A DNA stretch of 64,000 bases from Promethearchaeota archaeon (lineage in GTDB: Archaea; Asgardarchaeota; Lokiarchaeia; Sigyniarchaeales; SOKP01): positions 397,345-461,344 of the forward strand of contig JBHLOY010000003.1 in assembly GCA_048939995.1 (NCBI GenBank), given 5' to 3'. The notes under the pieces are model-generated. The model was not told the DNA's origin. It saw nothing but the letters and a program-made list of their open reading frames with translations, and did not search any database. Shown in pieces: positions 9,277-19,361 of the stretch. Numbering within the stretch: the stretch's first letter is position 1; every line of letters starts with the position of its first letter. The position numbers and the translations under genes are program-made.

Positions 9277-10170
9277 TTATTTTATAATATACACTAGTTT
9301 TTGACCTTCTTGTTCCTCAAGATTTAGTTTACGTCTTATTGCATTTCTTACCAAGTATCCCCCAACATGCAAAATCGAATCTTTTAATATAGGATCTTGT
9401 TCCATTGAGGCATTACAAGGATAGGCATGGTGAGCCTTACTTATCCTTTCGTTTAATGAAAGGTCTCCACTCTCTCCATTTTTAAAATACTTTGCTTTTA
9501 ATTGCTGGCAAACGTAATATGTACTTCCACATGGAGCGCTTTGAATAACACACGTATCATCTATCGATTCTTCGTCTTTACTTAATAGAAATGAGACAAT
9601 AGGTTCACCAATTTTAAAATAATCTATGAACTCATAAATAAGATTGTGAGTTTCAGTTAAATGAAAGCCAAATTTATTATATTGATTTACTTCTTTACTT
9701 AATGAGCAAAAAGGCTTGGGAAAGGCGGCTTGAATCCCACATTTCTCAAACTCTTCCAGAACTTGAACCTGTAGTCCAGCAGGCACCCATTTTGGATCTT
9801 CTATTGGAACAATTACTGCTTTTATTCCCTTATTTTTAAGATAAGGGGGAAGACCAGAGAGTAAGTCTTGATGGATTCCTACAACCATTAAAAAATCGAC
9901 AGGAGGTAAATTTTCTGGTAAGTAATTTTCTGGTTCTTCAATGAATTCAGGTACATTTTGGCCGATTTTTTCATAAAAATAGATTGAACTTGAATAATTC
10001 GTTAAATGCTCACGGCATTTATCGCATTTTACGTTTTGTTCCAACACTTCACAAGCTTTACAAAAATCCTCATGGTTAATAAGATTTCCAACAAACTTTT
10101 GAGTTAGCATTTCTGTGTCTGGATTGGTTCCGTAAAATATTCCAAGAGTATAATGTTTGTCAGCCATCAC
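9277..10170 (-). CDS. DUF166-family protein
   Basis: Motifs LPENLPPVD..VGIHQDL, PKPFCSL, SAPCGSTYYV, HHAYPCNASM. Confidence 0.75.
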   Translation of the reverse strand: MMADKHYTLGIFYGTNPDTEMLTQKFVGNLINHEDFCKACEVLEQNVKCDKCREHLTNYSSSIYFYEKIGQNVPEFIEEPENYLPENLPPVDFLMVVGIHQDLLSGLPPYLKNKGIKAVIVPIEDPKWVPAGLQVQVLEEFEKCGIQAAFPKPFCSLSKEVNQYNKFGFHLTETHNLIYEFIDYFKIGEPIVSFLLSKDEESIDDTCVIQSAPCGSTYYVCQQLKAKYFKNGESGDLSLNERISKAHHAYPCNASMEQDPILKDSILHVGGYLVRNAIRRKLNLEEQEGQKLVYIIK

Positions 10171-10388
10171 GTACTATATTAATCCTTAATTTTTATCTGT
10201 GATTCTAATAATCTAAAACTTTTATAATTTTTAACCCGAACATCTTCATATCATAATGTTAAAAAAACTTTCTAGAAAAAAAAAGAAGAAGAGGGAATTC
10301 ATTTAAGAATATAATTTAAATATCATATAAGTTATGCTTCACATATAAGACCATATTTTAATAAGCAGCTAATTAGCGATAATAAGAA

Positions 10389-11225
10389 ATGGAAATATTA
10401 GAAATAAGGAAGCGATTAATCATTGATTTAAGGGAAGATATTCCAGAATTAGTGGACAAATTCAATCATTTTATCTTAAAAAAACTACCCAGTAGAAGAA
10501 ATTCTGTTTTAAATATAGTGTTTAACCGTAATACTGACCGTTTTCCTAAAGAGTTCATCATTAAACTGTTTAAAACTGAAAATTTCAAAAATGAATACAA
10601 TACCCTAAATAGTTTAGCAGAACAGAAATTACTGATTCCTAAAATTATTTTTTATAAAGCACCATATTTATTTTTAGAGAAAATCCCTGGTATAAATTTA
10701 TGTGATTTCATTAATGATAGTTTGCGTAATGTAGTAAGTTTAGATGATTTAGAGAGAGAATCTAAAAAGGAAATTTTTAGGAGTTTAGAAAGATTAGCTT
10801 CCTGGTTAGCTCAATTACATAAAACTAATAAATCTGATGATTCTAGCAATTCTGAAATTATCGTTTTAAATAAAGGGGATACGCGATTGAGAGATTTTAT
10901 TTACAATATTGAAGAGGATAAAATAACTGGATTAGATTTTGAAGATTCTTATTATGGAAATCATTTAAATGATATTGCGTGGATTTGCTGTGCATTACTT
11001 GACACAAATCCGGGTATTTTCGAATTAGATGATCCCAAATTAAAAATTGACCTTTTTAATTTCTTTTTAAAAAGTTACTACAAAATAAATAAAAATTTCC
11101 AATTTAATTATAACTATTTTGCCGGCCAATTAATTGAAGATCTTAATCTTGTAATGAGAAGGAGAAATATTAATTTGACTCTTGATAAGACATACTTTAT
11201 TAAGGAGATTTCGAAAGAAATCTAA
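10389..11225 (+). CDS. Protein kinase-like phosphotransferase (RIO/Bud32/APH-like)
   Basis: IIKLF beta-3 Lys, NEY helix-C Glu, LEKIPG, catalytic loop NKGDTRLRDF, DFE motif. Confidence 0.8.
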   Translation: MEILEIRKRLIIDLREDIPELVDKFNHFILKKLPSRRNSVLNIVFNRNTDRFPKEFIIKLFKTENFKNEYNTLNSLAEQKLLIPKIIFYKAPYLFLEKIPGINLCDFINDSLRNVVSLDDLERESKKEIFRSLERLASWLAQLHKTNKSDDSSNSEIIVLNKGDTRLRDFIYNIEEDKITGLDFEDSYYGNHLNDIAWICCALLDTNPGIFELDDPKLKIDLFNFFLKSYYKINKNFQFNYNYFAGQLIEDLNLVMRRRNINLTLDKTYFIKEISKEI

Positions 11226-11350
11226 TAGCTCTTCTTATAATCGTCTATATAAATAAGATTTGGTAAGTAGATTAGTATAAATATATAAAATTTTATCTAT
11301 AATACATCAAATTTAATTAACTATATTCCAAAATTATAGGAGATTTAATA

Positions 11351-12103
11351 ATGAGCAACCCATTATTGGACACAAAAACCTCGTTAAAGAAAATGATATC
11401 TAACGTCGATTATTTAGAGAGTCTAAATAAAGATTATATCCCCAAATTAAAAGAATTACCAACCAATTTACTAGAGGCAATTCAAAAACTTGAAGATGAA
11501 AAATCCAAAATATTAAAGATGATTGATAATAATTTAGTTGAAATTGATTCATATAAAAATAAAATATCTGAAAGTCAGAGAGATGTATCAAAACTCGAGG
11601 ATTTTAACTCAGAATTGTCTCAACAGCGTCAAAACCTTATTGATAAAATACAAATCAAGCAAACTGAATTAAAGCAAACAAAAGATAAAATTAGAGAAAA
11701 AAATGAAGAATTTTCAAATCGTACGAAAAGATTGAGTGACTTAGAGGATAAAATTAATGATTTATCTAGAGATCTAAGTCAGTTGGATGATAACCTAAAG
11801 GAGATTGAAAGAGATCTGGAAAATACTTTTCTTAAGAAAGAAAGACAAGTCCAGAATTTTGGCTATCGCGTACAGGGAATGAAAATTCTAATTAATAAGA
11901 AGTATATTAACTCATCATTATATCAGTTCATAAGAGCATTACAGGTAGGAAGCACATTAGATTTGAAGAACATCTTATTAGCAATCGATATGAGGGAAGA
12001 TCAAGCAATAAAGATTCTTAATAAAATGTTAGACGAAAATGGTCCGATTGAATTCGATTCTACAACTGGGACAGTGAAATTAAAACAGGAGGTGGACTTC
12101 TGA
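11351..12103 (+). CDS. Long coiled-coil protein with a C-terminal winged-helix-like domain
   Basis: About 170 aa of heptad repeats, then LYQFIRAL..LDLKNILLAIDMREDQAIKILNKMLDENGPIEFD..GTVKL. Confidence 0.75.
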   Translation: MSNPLLDTKTSLKKMISNVDYLESLNKDYIPKLKELPTNLLEAIQKLEDEKSKILKMIDNNLVEIDSYKNKISESQRDVSKLEDFNSELSQQRQNLIDKIQIKQTELKQTKDKIREKNEEFSNRTKRLSDLEDKINDLSRDLSQLDDNLKEIERDLENTFLKKERQVQNFGYRVQGMKILINKKYINSSLYQFIRALQVGSTLDLKNILLAIDMREDQAIKILNKMLDENGPIEFDSTTGTVKLKQEVDF

Positions 12104-12840
12104 TGAGTTCGTATTTAAAAAATGTATTTGGTTTGATTGAAACTCTCGAAAAATCCTTGGATGGATACCGCCAGTATTTTCAAGAAACTCACGAAACATT
12201 AACCCAAGATTTGGGTACTAGCTGGAAAAGAATGAAAGATGAGCAAAAAGAAATTGAAGATCTCGAAGCTGTTGTCCGTTCTCAAAATTCCGAAATTACG
12301 GAATTAAAGCTTAAATCTGATGAATTATCCAAAAAAATTGAGGAACTACAAAACACTAAAACTGAATTAACATCAAAAATTTCTGAATTAAATAGTTCTT
12401 TAGAAAAGGTAACTGATGACCTTAAAACACCTCAACTAGAATTAGACAATTTAAGGTCAAAGCTTAATTCTTTAAATCAAAAAATTACGACGAAAGAAGA
12501 TGAAAAATCAGCAATGGAACAGGAAAAGCTAGATTATCAGAACCGCGAGAATTACCTTAAAACCATATATTCTGAAGAAAAGATGGCAGATCTGAACAGA
12601 AAATTATCTCAATTAAAAAGAAATAATTTCTTTACTTCCTTTTTAATTGAAAATTCAGAAGAAGAGATTTCAGAAGTTGATATAATCGCTACTATTATGA
12701 CTCAAGGGAGTGTAAATCTTGATGAACTTAAAAAGTTACTTGACGTTCCTCCAATTATGGCAGTGAGGACTATCAAACAACTGGCAGTTGCTGGTATTAT
12801 AAATCTAGATGAAAATACTAATATAATCACTATGCCATAA
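12103..12840 (+). CDS. Long coiled-coil protein with a C-terminal winged-helix domain
   Basis: Heptad repeats, then DIIATIMTQGSVNLDELKKLLDVPPIMAVRTIKQLAVAGIINLD. TGATG overlap with the upstream gene. Confidence 0.75.
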   Translation: MSSYLKNVFGLIETLEKSLDGYRQYFQETHETLTQDLGTSWKRMKDEQKEIEDLEAVVRSQNSEITELKLKSDELSKKIEELQNTKTELTSKISELNSSLEKVTDDLKTPQLELDNLRSKLNSLNQKITTKEDEKSAMEQEKLDYQNRENYLKTIYSEEKMADLNRKLSQLKRNNFFTSFLIENSEEEISEVDIIATIMTQGSVNLDELKKLLDVPPIMAVRTIKQLAVAGIINLDENTNIITMP

Positions 12841-12922
12841 TCAAATTTTTCAATCTTATTTATTCTTTTTACGTTTTAATTCTTTTTTAATAGGTTTTTA
12901 AAATTACAAATATAAAAAATGG

Positions 12923-12946
12923 CGTTATGTTTTACCGGTAATAACG
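12923..12946 (+). promoter_or_regulatory. ModE-type operator upstream of tupA
   Basis: CGTTAT-N12-ATAACG inverted repeat, directly 5' of a TTTAAAT TATA-like box. Confidence 0.7.
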
Positions 12947-13003
12947 TTTAAATTTGAGGCAAATTTTGCATTAATATAAATTAATCAAAATTTTTGAAAA
13001 AAA

Positions 13004-14041
13004 ATGCCCTCAATAAGAAATTTATTTAAAAAGTCATTAACTGAACATAAAACAGCCTTTTTAATATTAGTTTTAATAATTGTGGGAGGAGTAATTGGAG
13101 TATATTTCGTAGTGGATTACTTAAATGCACAAAATCCAGAAAAAATAACATTAGCTACTACAACATCAACTTACGATTCTGGATTATTAGATTATTTATT
13201 ACCAAAATTTACTGAATTAACTGGAATTCAAGTTAGTATATTATCAGTAGGTACAGGAACCGCAATACAATATGGTAAAGATGGAAATGTGGATGTGATT
13301 CTCGTTCATTCGAGATCAAGAGAGGATGATTTTGTAAATGCAAGTCTTGGTGTCAATGGAATTTCGTTTGGTATTCATCGTGCATGTGTCATGTTTAATG
13401 ATTTTATTATTGTTGGACACGAATCAAATCCTGCCAATTTACAAATCGGTGATAATATAACAACAGTTATGATAAAATTAAGAGACGCTATTGATATAGG
13501 TAACATGACATTTTATTCAAGAGGAGATAATTCTGGAACTCATTCGAAAGAAAAAGAATTATGGGGATTAATTGGTGTTATTGCAGAGACAAGATGGGCT
13601 TTAGCACCTGATAAATATACAGAAACAGGACAAGGTATGGCAGAAACACTATTAATGACTTATGAAGATATCGATCCTGCCCATGAAGGATACACCTTAG
13701 TTGATAGAGGTACATGGCTTTCCTTCAACGATACATACACCTCACTAAACATTTTAGCTGAATCTGTTATTGGTGAGAATTTCCTACTTAATCCATACGG
13801 TGTTATTCCTATTAATCCAATATTATATCAAAATATAAAATATATTTCTGCTTGCCGATTTGTAGGGTTCCTTACCTCAAATTACGGACAGTCATTAATT
13901 AATTCATTCAAAAAAAATAATGCTACTTTATTTCACGCTGATTTTGGAACATGTAATTATGAAACAAGCTGCATGACAACTGAGGATGAAATAGCTATCT
14001 GGACTCCTTTTCAAGCTGAATTCGCAGGATTAACAATATAG
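13004..14041 (+). CDS. tupA: Tungstate ABC transporter substrate-binding protein
   Basis: ATTTSTYDSGLL (TTTS motif), GTGTA, SRGDNSGTHSKE, LLNPYGVI; N-terminal TM anchor. Confidence 0.93.
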   Translation: MPSIRNLFKKSLTEHKTAFLILVLIIVGGVIGVYFVVDYLNAQNPEKITLATTTSTYDSGLLDYLLPKFTELTGIQVSILSVGTGTAIQYGKDGNVDVILVHSRSREDDFVNASLGVNGISFGIHRACVMFNDFIIVGHESNPANLQIGDNITTVMIKLRDAIDIGNMTFYSRGDNSGTHSKEKELWGLIGVIAETRWALAPDKYTETGQGMAETLLMTYEDIDPAHEGYTLVDRGTWLSFNDTYTSLNILAESVIGENFLLNPYGVIPINPILYQNIKYISACRFVGFLTSNYGQSLINSFKKNNATLFHADFGTCNYETSCMTTEDEIAIWTPFQAEFAGLTI

Positions 14042-14094
14042 AATTACATTTTTCAATTTCAATTTAAATAGAAAAATAACTTTAAAACAAGATA

Positions 14095-14790
14095 ATGGTA
14101 AATGAAATTATTGAAGGAATATTAGAAGCAATACGTTTAATATTTACATTTGATCCCGAGGTTTGGGGTATTATTGGTGTTTCTTTTCGAGTTTCTTTAA
14201 CCTCAACTTTTCTTGCTGCTTTAGTAGCACTACCAATTGGGTCATTTATAGGTTTAAGAGAATTTAAAGGAAAAAGAAGTCTAACTAATCTGATTAATAC
14301 TTTTATGGGATTTCCTCCTGTAGTTATGGGATTAATAGTTTATTTACTACTTTCTCGAACTGGTCCTCTTGGTGCTTTAGGGTTATTGTATTCGACAACT
14401 GCCATGATTTTTGTTCAATTTCTTTTGGCAGTTCCAATAATTATGGGAACAGCAAAGGCTGCCATTGAAAGCGTGGATCCTACTTTAAAGGAAACTGTGC
14501 TCTCATTGGGGGCAAATGAACGTCAGTTATGGTGGGAATTAATAAAAAGTTCAAGGAGATCAATAATAGCAGGATTTCTTGTTGCTTTTGGTCAAGCTAT
14601 TTCAGAAGTAGGTGCCGTTATAATAGTGGGAGGTAATATCAGGTGGGAAACAAGAACATTTACAACCGCGATTGTACTTCAAACTCGTATGGGAGAATTT
14701 GGAATGGCAATAGCGTTAGGGATTATTCTTCTTCTAATCGCTTTTATTATAAATTATGGAATGACTCGTTTACAATCTAGGGCTAATTAA
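14095..14790 (+). CDS. tupB: Tungstate ABC transporter permease
   Basis: PPVVMGLIVYLLLSRTGPLG, AFGQAISEVGAVIIVGGNI..ETRTFTTAI. Confidence 0.93.
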   Translation: MVNEIIEGILEAIRLIFTFDPEVWGIIGVSFRVSLTSTFLAALVALPIGSFIGLREFKGKRSLTNLINTFMGFPPVVMGLIVYLLLSRTGPLGALGLLYSTTAMIFVQFLLAVPIIMGTAKAAIESVDPTLKETVLSLGANERQLWWELIKSSRRSIIAGFLVAFGQAISEVGAVIIVGGNIRWETRTFTTAIVLQTRMGEFGMAIALGIILLLIAFIINYGMTRLQSRAN

Positions 14791-14791
14791 T

Positions 14792-15883
14792 ATGAAAATA
14801 ATTGAAATTAGTAATCTTTGCAAAGAATACTATAAAGAAAAGGAATCTTCAATAAGGGTTCTCTCTAATATTAGTTTTTCAGTTAATAAAGCAGAATTTT
14901 TTGTTATTATCGGTCCAAATGGAAGCGGTAAAACTACTCTACTTAGGTTAATAGGCTTGCTTGATTCACCAACAAGTGGAAAAATATATTATAATAATAA
15001 AGATTTAACAAATATTTCACGAAAAGAGAGAGTAAGAATACGAAGGCAATTCTCTTTTGTTAGACAAAAACCGGTAGTAAGGAATACAACTGTATTCAAT
15101 AATATTGCTTATGGTCTTAAGATACGTGGCGTTAAGTTTAATGAATATAAAAAATCTGTAGAGGAAATAATTGAATTTATAGGATTGAAGGGTATGGAAA
15201 ACAAAAATGCACGGTCATTATCTGGTGGAGAAATGCAGCGTGTAGCAATTGCAATGAATTTTATTATTAATCCCGAAATTTACCTATTAGATGAAGTCTC
15301 AGCAAATCTTGATTCAATGAATCTCAAATTATTAGAAGATTTTATAATGAAAATAAAGCAAGAGAGAGGAAAGACTATCATTATGAGCACTCATGATCCA
15401 ATTGAAGCTATAAAATATGCAGATCGTATTGCCGTACTAAATAGTGGACAAATAACTCAAATTGGAACTCCAAATGAGATATTCACCGCACCAAAAGATG
15501 AATTTACAGCTCTTTTTATGGGATATGAAAATATTTTTCATGGATTTGCAAAATTAGATGAATCTTCAGGATTATTACTGGTTAAAGTAAATGATTTAGT
15601 TATAACAGCATCCAGTCAGCAGGAGGGTGAGGTAAAAGTATGCATTCGCCCAGAAAGTATAGGGATAGTTAAAGAGTCTGTGGAGGATACGAGCTATAGA
15701 AATACATTTAAAGGAATCATTGAGAATGTCCGTGAACTCGGTAATATTTGTCATTTAATTGTTAAATGCCAATCTGAAAAATTCTTGATTACAGTAACAG
15801 ATTTATCAAGAAGGAATTTAGCACTAGAAATCAATTCTGAAGTGTTTATCAATTTTAAAGCGACAGACGTTAAAATATTATGA
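14792..15883 (+). CDS. tupC: Tungstate ABC transporter ATP-binding protein with a TOBE domain
   Basis: GPNGSGKT, LSGGEMQR, LLDE and a C-terminal TOBE-like region; operon context. Confidence 0.88.
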   Translation: MKIIEISNLCKEYYKEKESSIRVLSNISFSVNKAEFFVIIGPNGSGKTTLLRLIGLLDSPTSGKIYYNNKDLTNISRKERVRIRRQFSFVRQKPVVRNTTVFNNIAYGLKIRGVKFNEYKKSVEEIIEFIGLKGMENKNARSLSGGEMQRVAIAMNFIINPEIYLLDEVSANLDSMNLKLLEDFIMKIKQERGKTIIMSTHDPIEAIKYADRIAVLNSGQITQIGTPNEIFTAPKDEFTALFMGYENIFHGFAKLDESSGLLLVKVNDLVITASSQQEGEVKVCIRPESIGIVKESVEDTSYRNTFKGIIENVRELGNICHLIVKCQSEKFLITVTDLSRRNLALEINSEVFINFKATDVKIL

Positions 15884-15920
15884 ATAAATTTTTAAGAAAT
15901 ATCAATTTAAATTATTTAAC

Positions 15921-15944
15921 CGTTATGTATCGCGAGTGATATCG
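15921..15944 (+). promoter_or_regulatory. Second ModE-type operator upstream of moaC
   Basis: CGTTAT-N12-ATATCG, located between a TTTAAAT box (15906) and the moaC ATG. Confidence 0.6.
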
Positions 15945-15949
15945 TTAAA

Positions 15950-16384
15950 ATGATTGATATATCTAACAAAGAAACAATTCTTAGGATAGCCACAGCCTCG
16001 GGCGGGATTAAACTAAAAAAAGAAACAATTGATAAGATTAGGAATAACCAAGTTGAAAAGGGAGATGCATTAACTATAGCTAAAATTACTGCTATTAGTG
16101 CAGTAAAAAAAGTTCCTGAATTAGTTCCTTTTTGTCATCCCATTGACATAACAAATGTTGATGTAGATTTTGAGATCGAGGATGAAAAAATAAATGTAAT
16201 ATGTAAAGTTAAGAGTATCGCTAAAACAGGAGTTGAAATAGAAGCTCTAACTGGAGTTAGTATCGCCCTTTTGAACTTATGGGATGTAGTTAAGAAATAT
16301 GAAAAGGATGATAAGGGACAATATCCCACAACAGAAATTTTTGACATAAGTGTTGTAGAAAAAATCAAAAAATGGAACTCTTAG
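15950..16384 (+). CDS. moaC: Cyclic pyranopterin monophosphate synthase
   Basis: [43 protein letters not shown]. Confidence 0.95.
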   Translation: MIDISNKETILRIATASGGIKLKKETIDKIRNNQVEKGDALTIAKITAISAVKKVPELVPFCHPIDITNVDVDFEIEDEKINVICKVKSIAKTGVEIEALTGVSIALLNLWDVVKKYEKDDKGQYPTTEIFDISVVEKIKKWNS

Positions 16385-16387
16385 GAT

Positions 16388-17308
16388 ATGAAAGATAAAT
16401 GTAACAGAGAAATTAAGCACATTAGATTTTCTATTACCTCTAAATGTAATTATGATTGCATTTATTGTGATCAAGAAGGTTTTATCCCTAAAACTTCAGA
16501 TTTAACTGTTAAAGAAATCACTAATTTATGTAAAATATTAGCTGAAATACTTAAAGTAACAAGAATTAAGTTTACTGGAGGAGAACCTTTATGTCGAGAA
16601 GAAGTCGTTCAAATAATAAAAAATGTGGCTGATCTGCACTTATACAAAGATATTTCCATAACTACTAATGGATTGCTTTTATATGAAAAAGCAGATGAAT
16701 TATATAAATCAGGCTTAAATAGGATAAATGTTTCATTGGGATCACTCAACCGAGAAGTATATAAATTTATATATGGTTCAGATACTCTAAATAGGGTTTT
16801 GATGGGTTTAAAACTAGCGAAAGAAGTAGGGTTAAATCCAATAAAATTAAATTTTGTTTTAATGAAGGGACTTAATGATAATGAATTAGAGTCTATGTTC
16901 GACTTTTGCGGAAAAAATGGATACATTCTACAATTAATTGAATTACACGAAGTATCAAGTTCAGTAGTAAAGAATGGTGAATTTTATAGTAAATATCACA
17001 TGGATATTAAACCTATCATAGATAAACTTGAATCAAGAGCAAAAAAAACAATAATAAGAGGTTCTATGCAAAATCGAAAAGTCTTCATATTACCTAATTC
17101 AGTAACAATTGAAACAATCACACCTAGTCATGAATCTTGTATGGGCTGCACTAAATTGCGTGTAGGATGTGATGGAAATCTTTTTGGATGTTTATATCGA
17201 TCTGAACTTGGAAAGAATATTAAGGAAGCTCTGAAGAATCATTATTCATTATCCAAATATGAAGAAATTGTCAAACAAGTGGTAGATTCACGAGAGCCTT
17301 ACTATTAA
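16388..17308 (+). CDS. moaA: GTP 3',8-cyclase (radical SAM)
   Basis: RFSIT..CNYDCIYC, TGGEPL, TTNG, C-terminal CMGCTKLR...GCL. Confidence 0.93.
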   Translation: MKDKCNREIKHIRFSITSKCNYDCIYCDQEGFIPKTSDLTVKEITNLCKILAEILKVTRIKFTGGEPLCREEVVQIIKNVADLHLYKDISITTNGLLLYEKADELYKSGLNRINVSLGSLNREVYKFIYGSDTLNRVLMGLKLAKEVGLNPIKLNFVLMKGLNDNELESMFDFCGKNGYILQLIELHEVSSSVVKNGEFYSKYHMDIKPIIDKLESRAKKTIIRGSMQNRKVFILPNSVTIETITPSHESCMGCTKLRVGCDGNLFGCLYRSELGKNIKEALKNHYSLSKYEEIVKQVVDSREPYY

Positions 17309-17334
17309 CAAATATTAAAATATGAATTGAAATT

Positions 17335-17613
17335 ATGAAAGTAGAAGTTCTATATTTTGCGGAATTTAAGGAGATAACAAGAAAAGAGAAAGAGGAATTT
17401 AATTTATCTAGTGAAAATTTACTGGACCTATTAAATTTATTATTTGATAAATATAAGCTAAAAGATTTAATTTGGGATGAAAGATGTCAAAAAATACATG
17501 ATATGATTTCAATTATAATAAATAACCAATCTATTCAAGAGAAAAATCCTTTATTAATTAGTTTAAAGAATGGGGATAAAGTTGCTTTTTTATTACCAGT
17601 ATCAGGAGGGTAA
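17335..17613 (+). CDS. moaD: Molybdopterin synthase sulfur carrier (MoaD/SAMP ubiquitin-like)
   Basis: VEVLYFA...LKNGDKVAFLLPVSGG with C-terminal GG. Confidence 0.9.
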   Translation: MKVEVLYFAEFKEITRKEKEEFNLSSENLLDLLNLLFDKYKLKDLIWDERCQKIHDMISIIINNQSIQEKNPLLISLKNGDKVAFLLPVSGG

Positions 17614-17619
17614 AATCTA

Positions 17620-18063
17620 ATGAAAGGTGGGATAAAAATTAAATCTGGGATATATAATAAAGGAGAAATTGAATTAGAAAGCATAATTAATTCTGTTAAG
17701 GCAAATCCCAAAATAAAGGAAGCTGGATCTATCCATACTTTTACTGGAATTGTAAGGAATAGTTCTAATAATGGCAAACCAGTAATTGGAATGAAAATTG
17801 ATGCATATGATGAATTAGCCAGTAAAAGTATAACTGATATTTGTGAAAGATTGAAGAGAATAAACGGAATTATAGATATTAAAATTATTCATTTAAAGGG
17901 AGATTTTAATCTTTCTGAAGATTTAGTTTATGTTGTTGTAGCATCTGCACACAGAAAAGAAGGGTTTGAGGTTATTAAAAAAGCGATTGAAATGTACAAA
18001 AAAGAAGTAGCAGTTTGGAAGAGAGAAGATTTTAATGATGGAACATCAGAATGGATTCATTAA
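17620..18063 (+). CDS. moaE: Molybdopterin synthase catalytic subunit
   Basis: GSIHTFTGIVR, VVVASAHRKEGF, VWKRE...SEWI. Confidence 0.92.
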   Translation: MKGGIKIKSGIYNKGEIELESIINSVKANPKIKEAGSIHTFTGIVRNSSNNGKPVIGMKIDAYDELASKSITDICERLKRINGIIDIKIIHLKGDFNLSEDLVYVVVASAHRKEGFEVIKKAIEMYKKEVAVWKREDFNDGTSEWIH

Positions 18064-18105
18064 ATTGATTTAGAAAATACTAAATTATGAGTTTTATATA
18101 CAAAA

Positions 18106-19335
18106 ATGAAATTTCTAAAGACTATTAGCGTGGAAGAGTTTAGAACTATACTTAATTCAATAGAAAAGATTACTCCCTCCGATGAACTAGTCTCTTTAGA
18201 AGATAGCTTTAAGAGAATAATTTCTAAAGACATAGTTAGTCGAATAAATGTTCCACATTTTAGAAAGTCACGGATGGATGGGTATGCTGTAATTGCTGAG
18301 GACACATTCGAAGCAGAAGAAGACAATTTAGTCGAGCTTGAATTAATTGACACAATAAAAGCGGGAGAAATCCCTCAAAGGAAGCTAAAAACCGGTCAAT
18401 GTTCTTATGTAGCAACAGGAGCTGCAATCCCAGATAATTCTAATGGAGTAGTAATGGTCGAGTTCACAGAAAAATTAATAAATAATAAAATTTTAATTTC
18501 TAAGGCTATAACCCCTGGAACTCATATTATAGAAATCGGACATGATATAAAAAAGGGGGATATCATTGTGAAAAAAGACAAATTGATTGATTTAGCTACT
18601 TTAGGGATTTTTGCTTCATGTGGTATCAGAGATGTACCTGTTTATGAGAAACCAATCGTTAGTCTTATAAGTACCGGTAATGAATTAGTAAATCAAGATA
18701 CAGAAGAATTAGAAATTGGAAAGATATATGATGTAAATTCAATCCTTCTAAAAAAGGCTTTAGAAAACACAGGAGTTCATGTGAATTTTTTAGGCGTAGT
18801 GAGGGATGATTATGAAGATTTGAAGAATGCTATGGATACTGCCTTAGAAAATAGCGATATTATCATATTATCAGGTGGAACATCTAAAGGAGAAGGTGAT
18901 TTAGGACCAAGACTTTTAGAACAATATAAGGATATCGAAATTGAAGTACATGGAGTCAAAATTAAGCCAGGAAAGCCAATAATTTTTGCTAAACTAAAGG
19001 AAAAAATAATCTTTATTTTGCCAGGATATCCAACCTCTGCGTTAAGTTGTTTTTTCCTTTTTATAGATAATTTCTTAAGGAGAATGTCAGGTTATCCTTT
19101 AAGAGACCGATTTTCAAAAGAACTAGAAATTGGAGAGAGAATTTATAGCACCCTTGGCAGACATGAGTTTAAAGCCGTACAAATGCAGGAAGTGGACGGA
19201 AAAAAGAAAATATTTCCTATAAAGACGGGATCAGAAGCGATAAGTACAATGTTCTATGCAGATGGATATATAGAGATTGAGGAGTTGGAATCAGTTATAG
19301 AAAAGGGAGATAAAAGAATGATATATTTCTTCTAA
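18106..19335 (+). CDS. moeA: Molybdopterin molybdo/tungsto-transferase MoeA
   Basis: SRMDGYAV, ATGAAIP, STGNEL, SGGTSKG, KPGKP, LPGYP. Confidence 0.93.
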   Translation: MKFLKTISVEEFRTILNSIEKITPSDELVSLEDSFKRIISKDIVSRINVPHFRKSRMDGYAVIAEDTFEAEEDNLVELELIDTIKAGEIPQRKLKTGQCSYVATGAAIPDNSNGVVMVEFTEKLINNKILISKAITPGTHIIEIGHDIKKGDIIVKKDKLIDLATLGIFASCGIRDVPVYEKPIVSLISTGNELVNQDTEELEIGKIYDVNSILLKKALENTGVHVNFLGVVRDDYEDLKNAMDTALENSDIIILSGGTSKGEGDLGPRLLEQYKDIEIEVHGVKIKPGKPIIFAKLKEKIIFILPGYPTSALSCFFLFIDNFLRRMSGYPLRDRFSKELEIGERIYSTLGRHEFKAVQMQEVDGKKKIFPIKTGSEAISTMFYADGYIEIEELESVIEKGDKRMIYFF

Positions 19336-19361
19336 ATAAATTAATTTAAATTAATAAAACA

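Noticed and set aside
11351-12840. SMC/Rad50 or ESCRT-III assignment for the coiled-coil pair
   Set aside because: No Walker motifs or hinge and no recognisable Snf7 core; only generic heptads.
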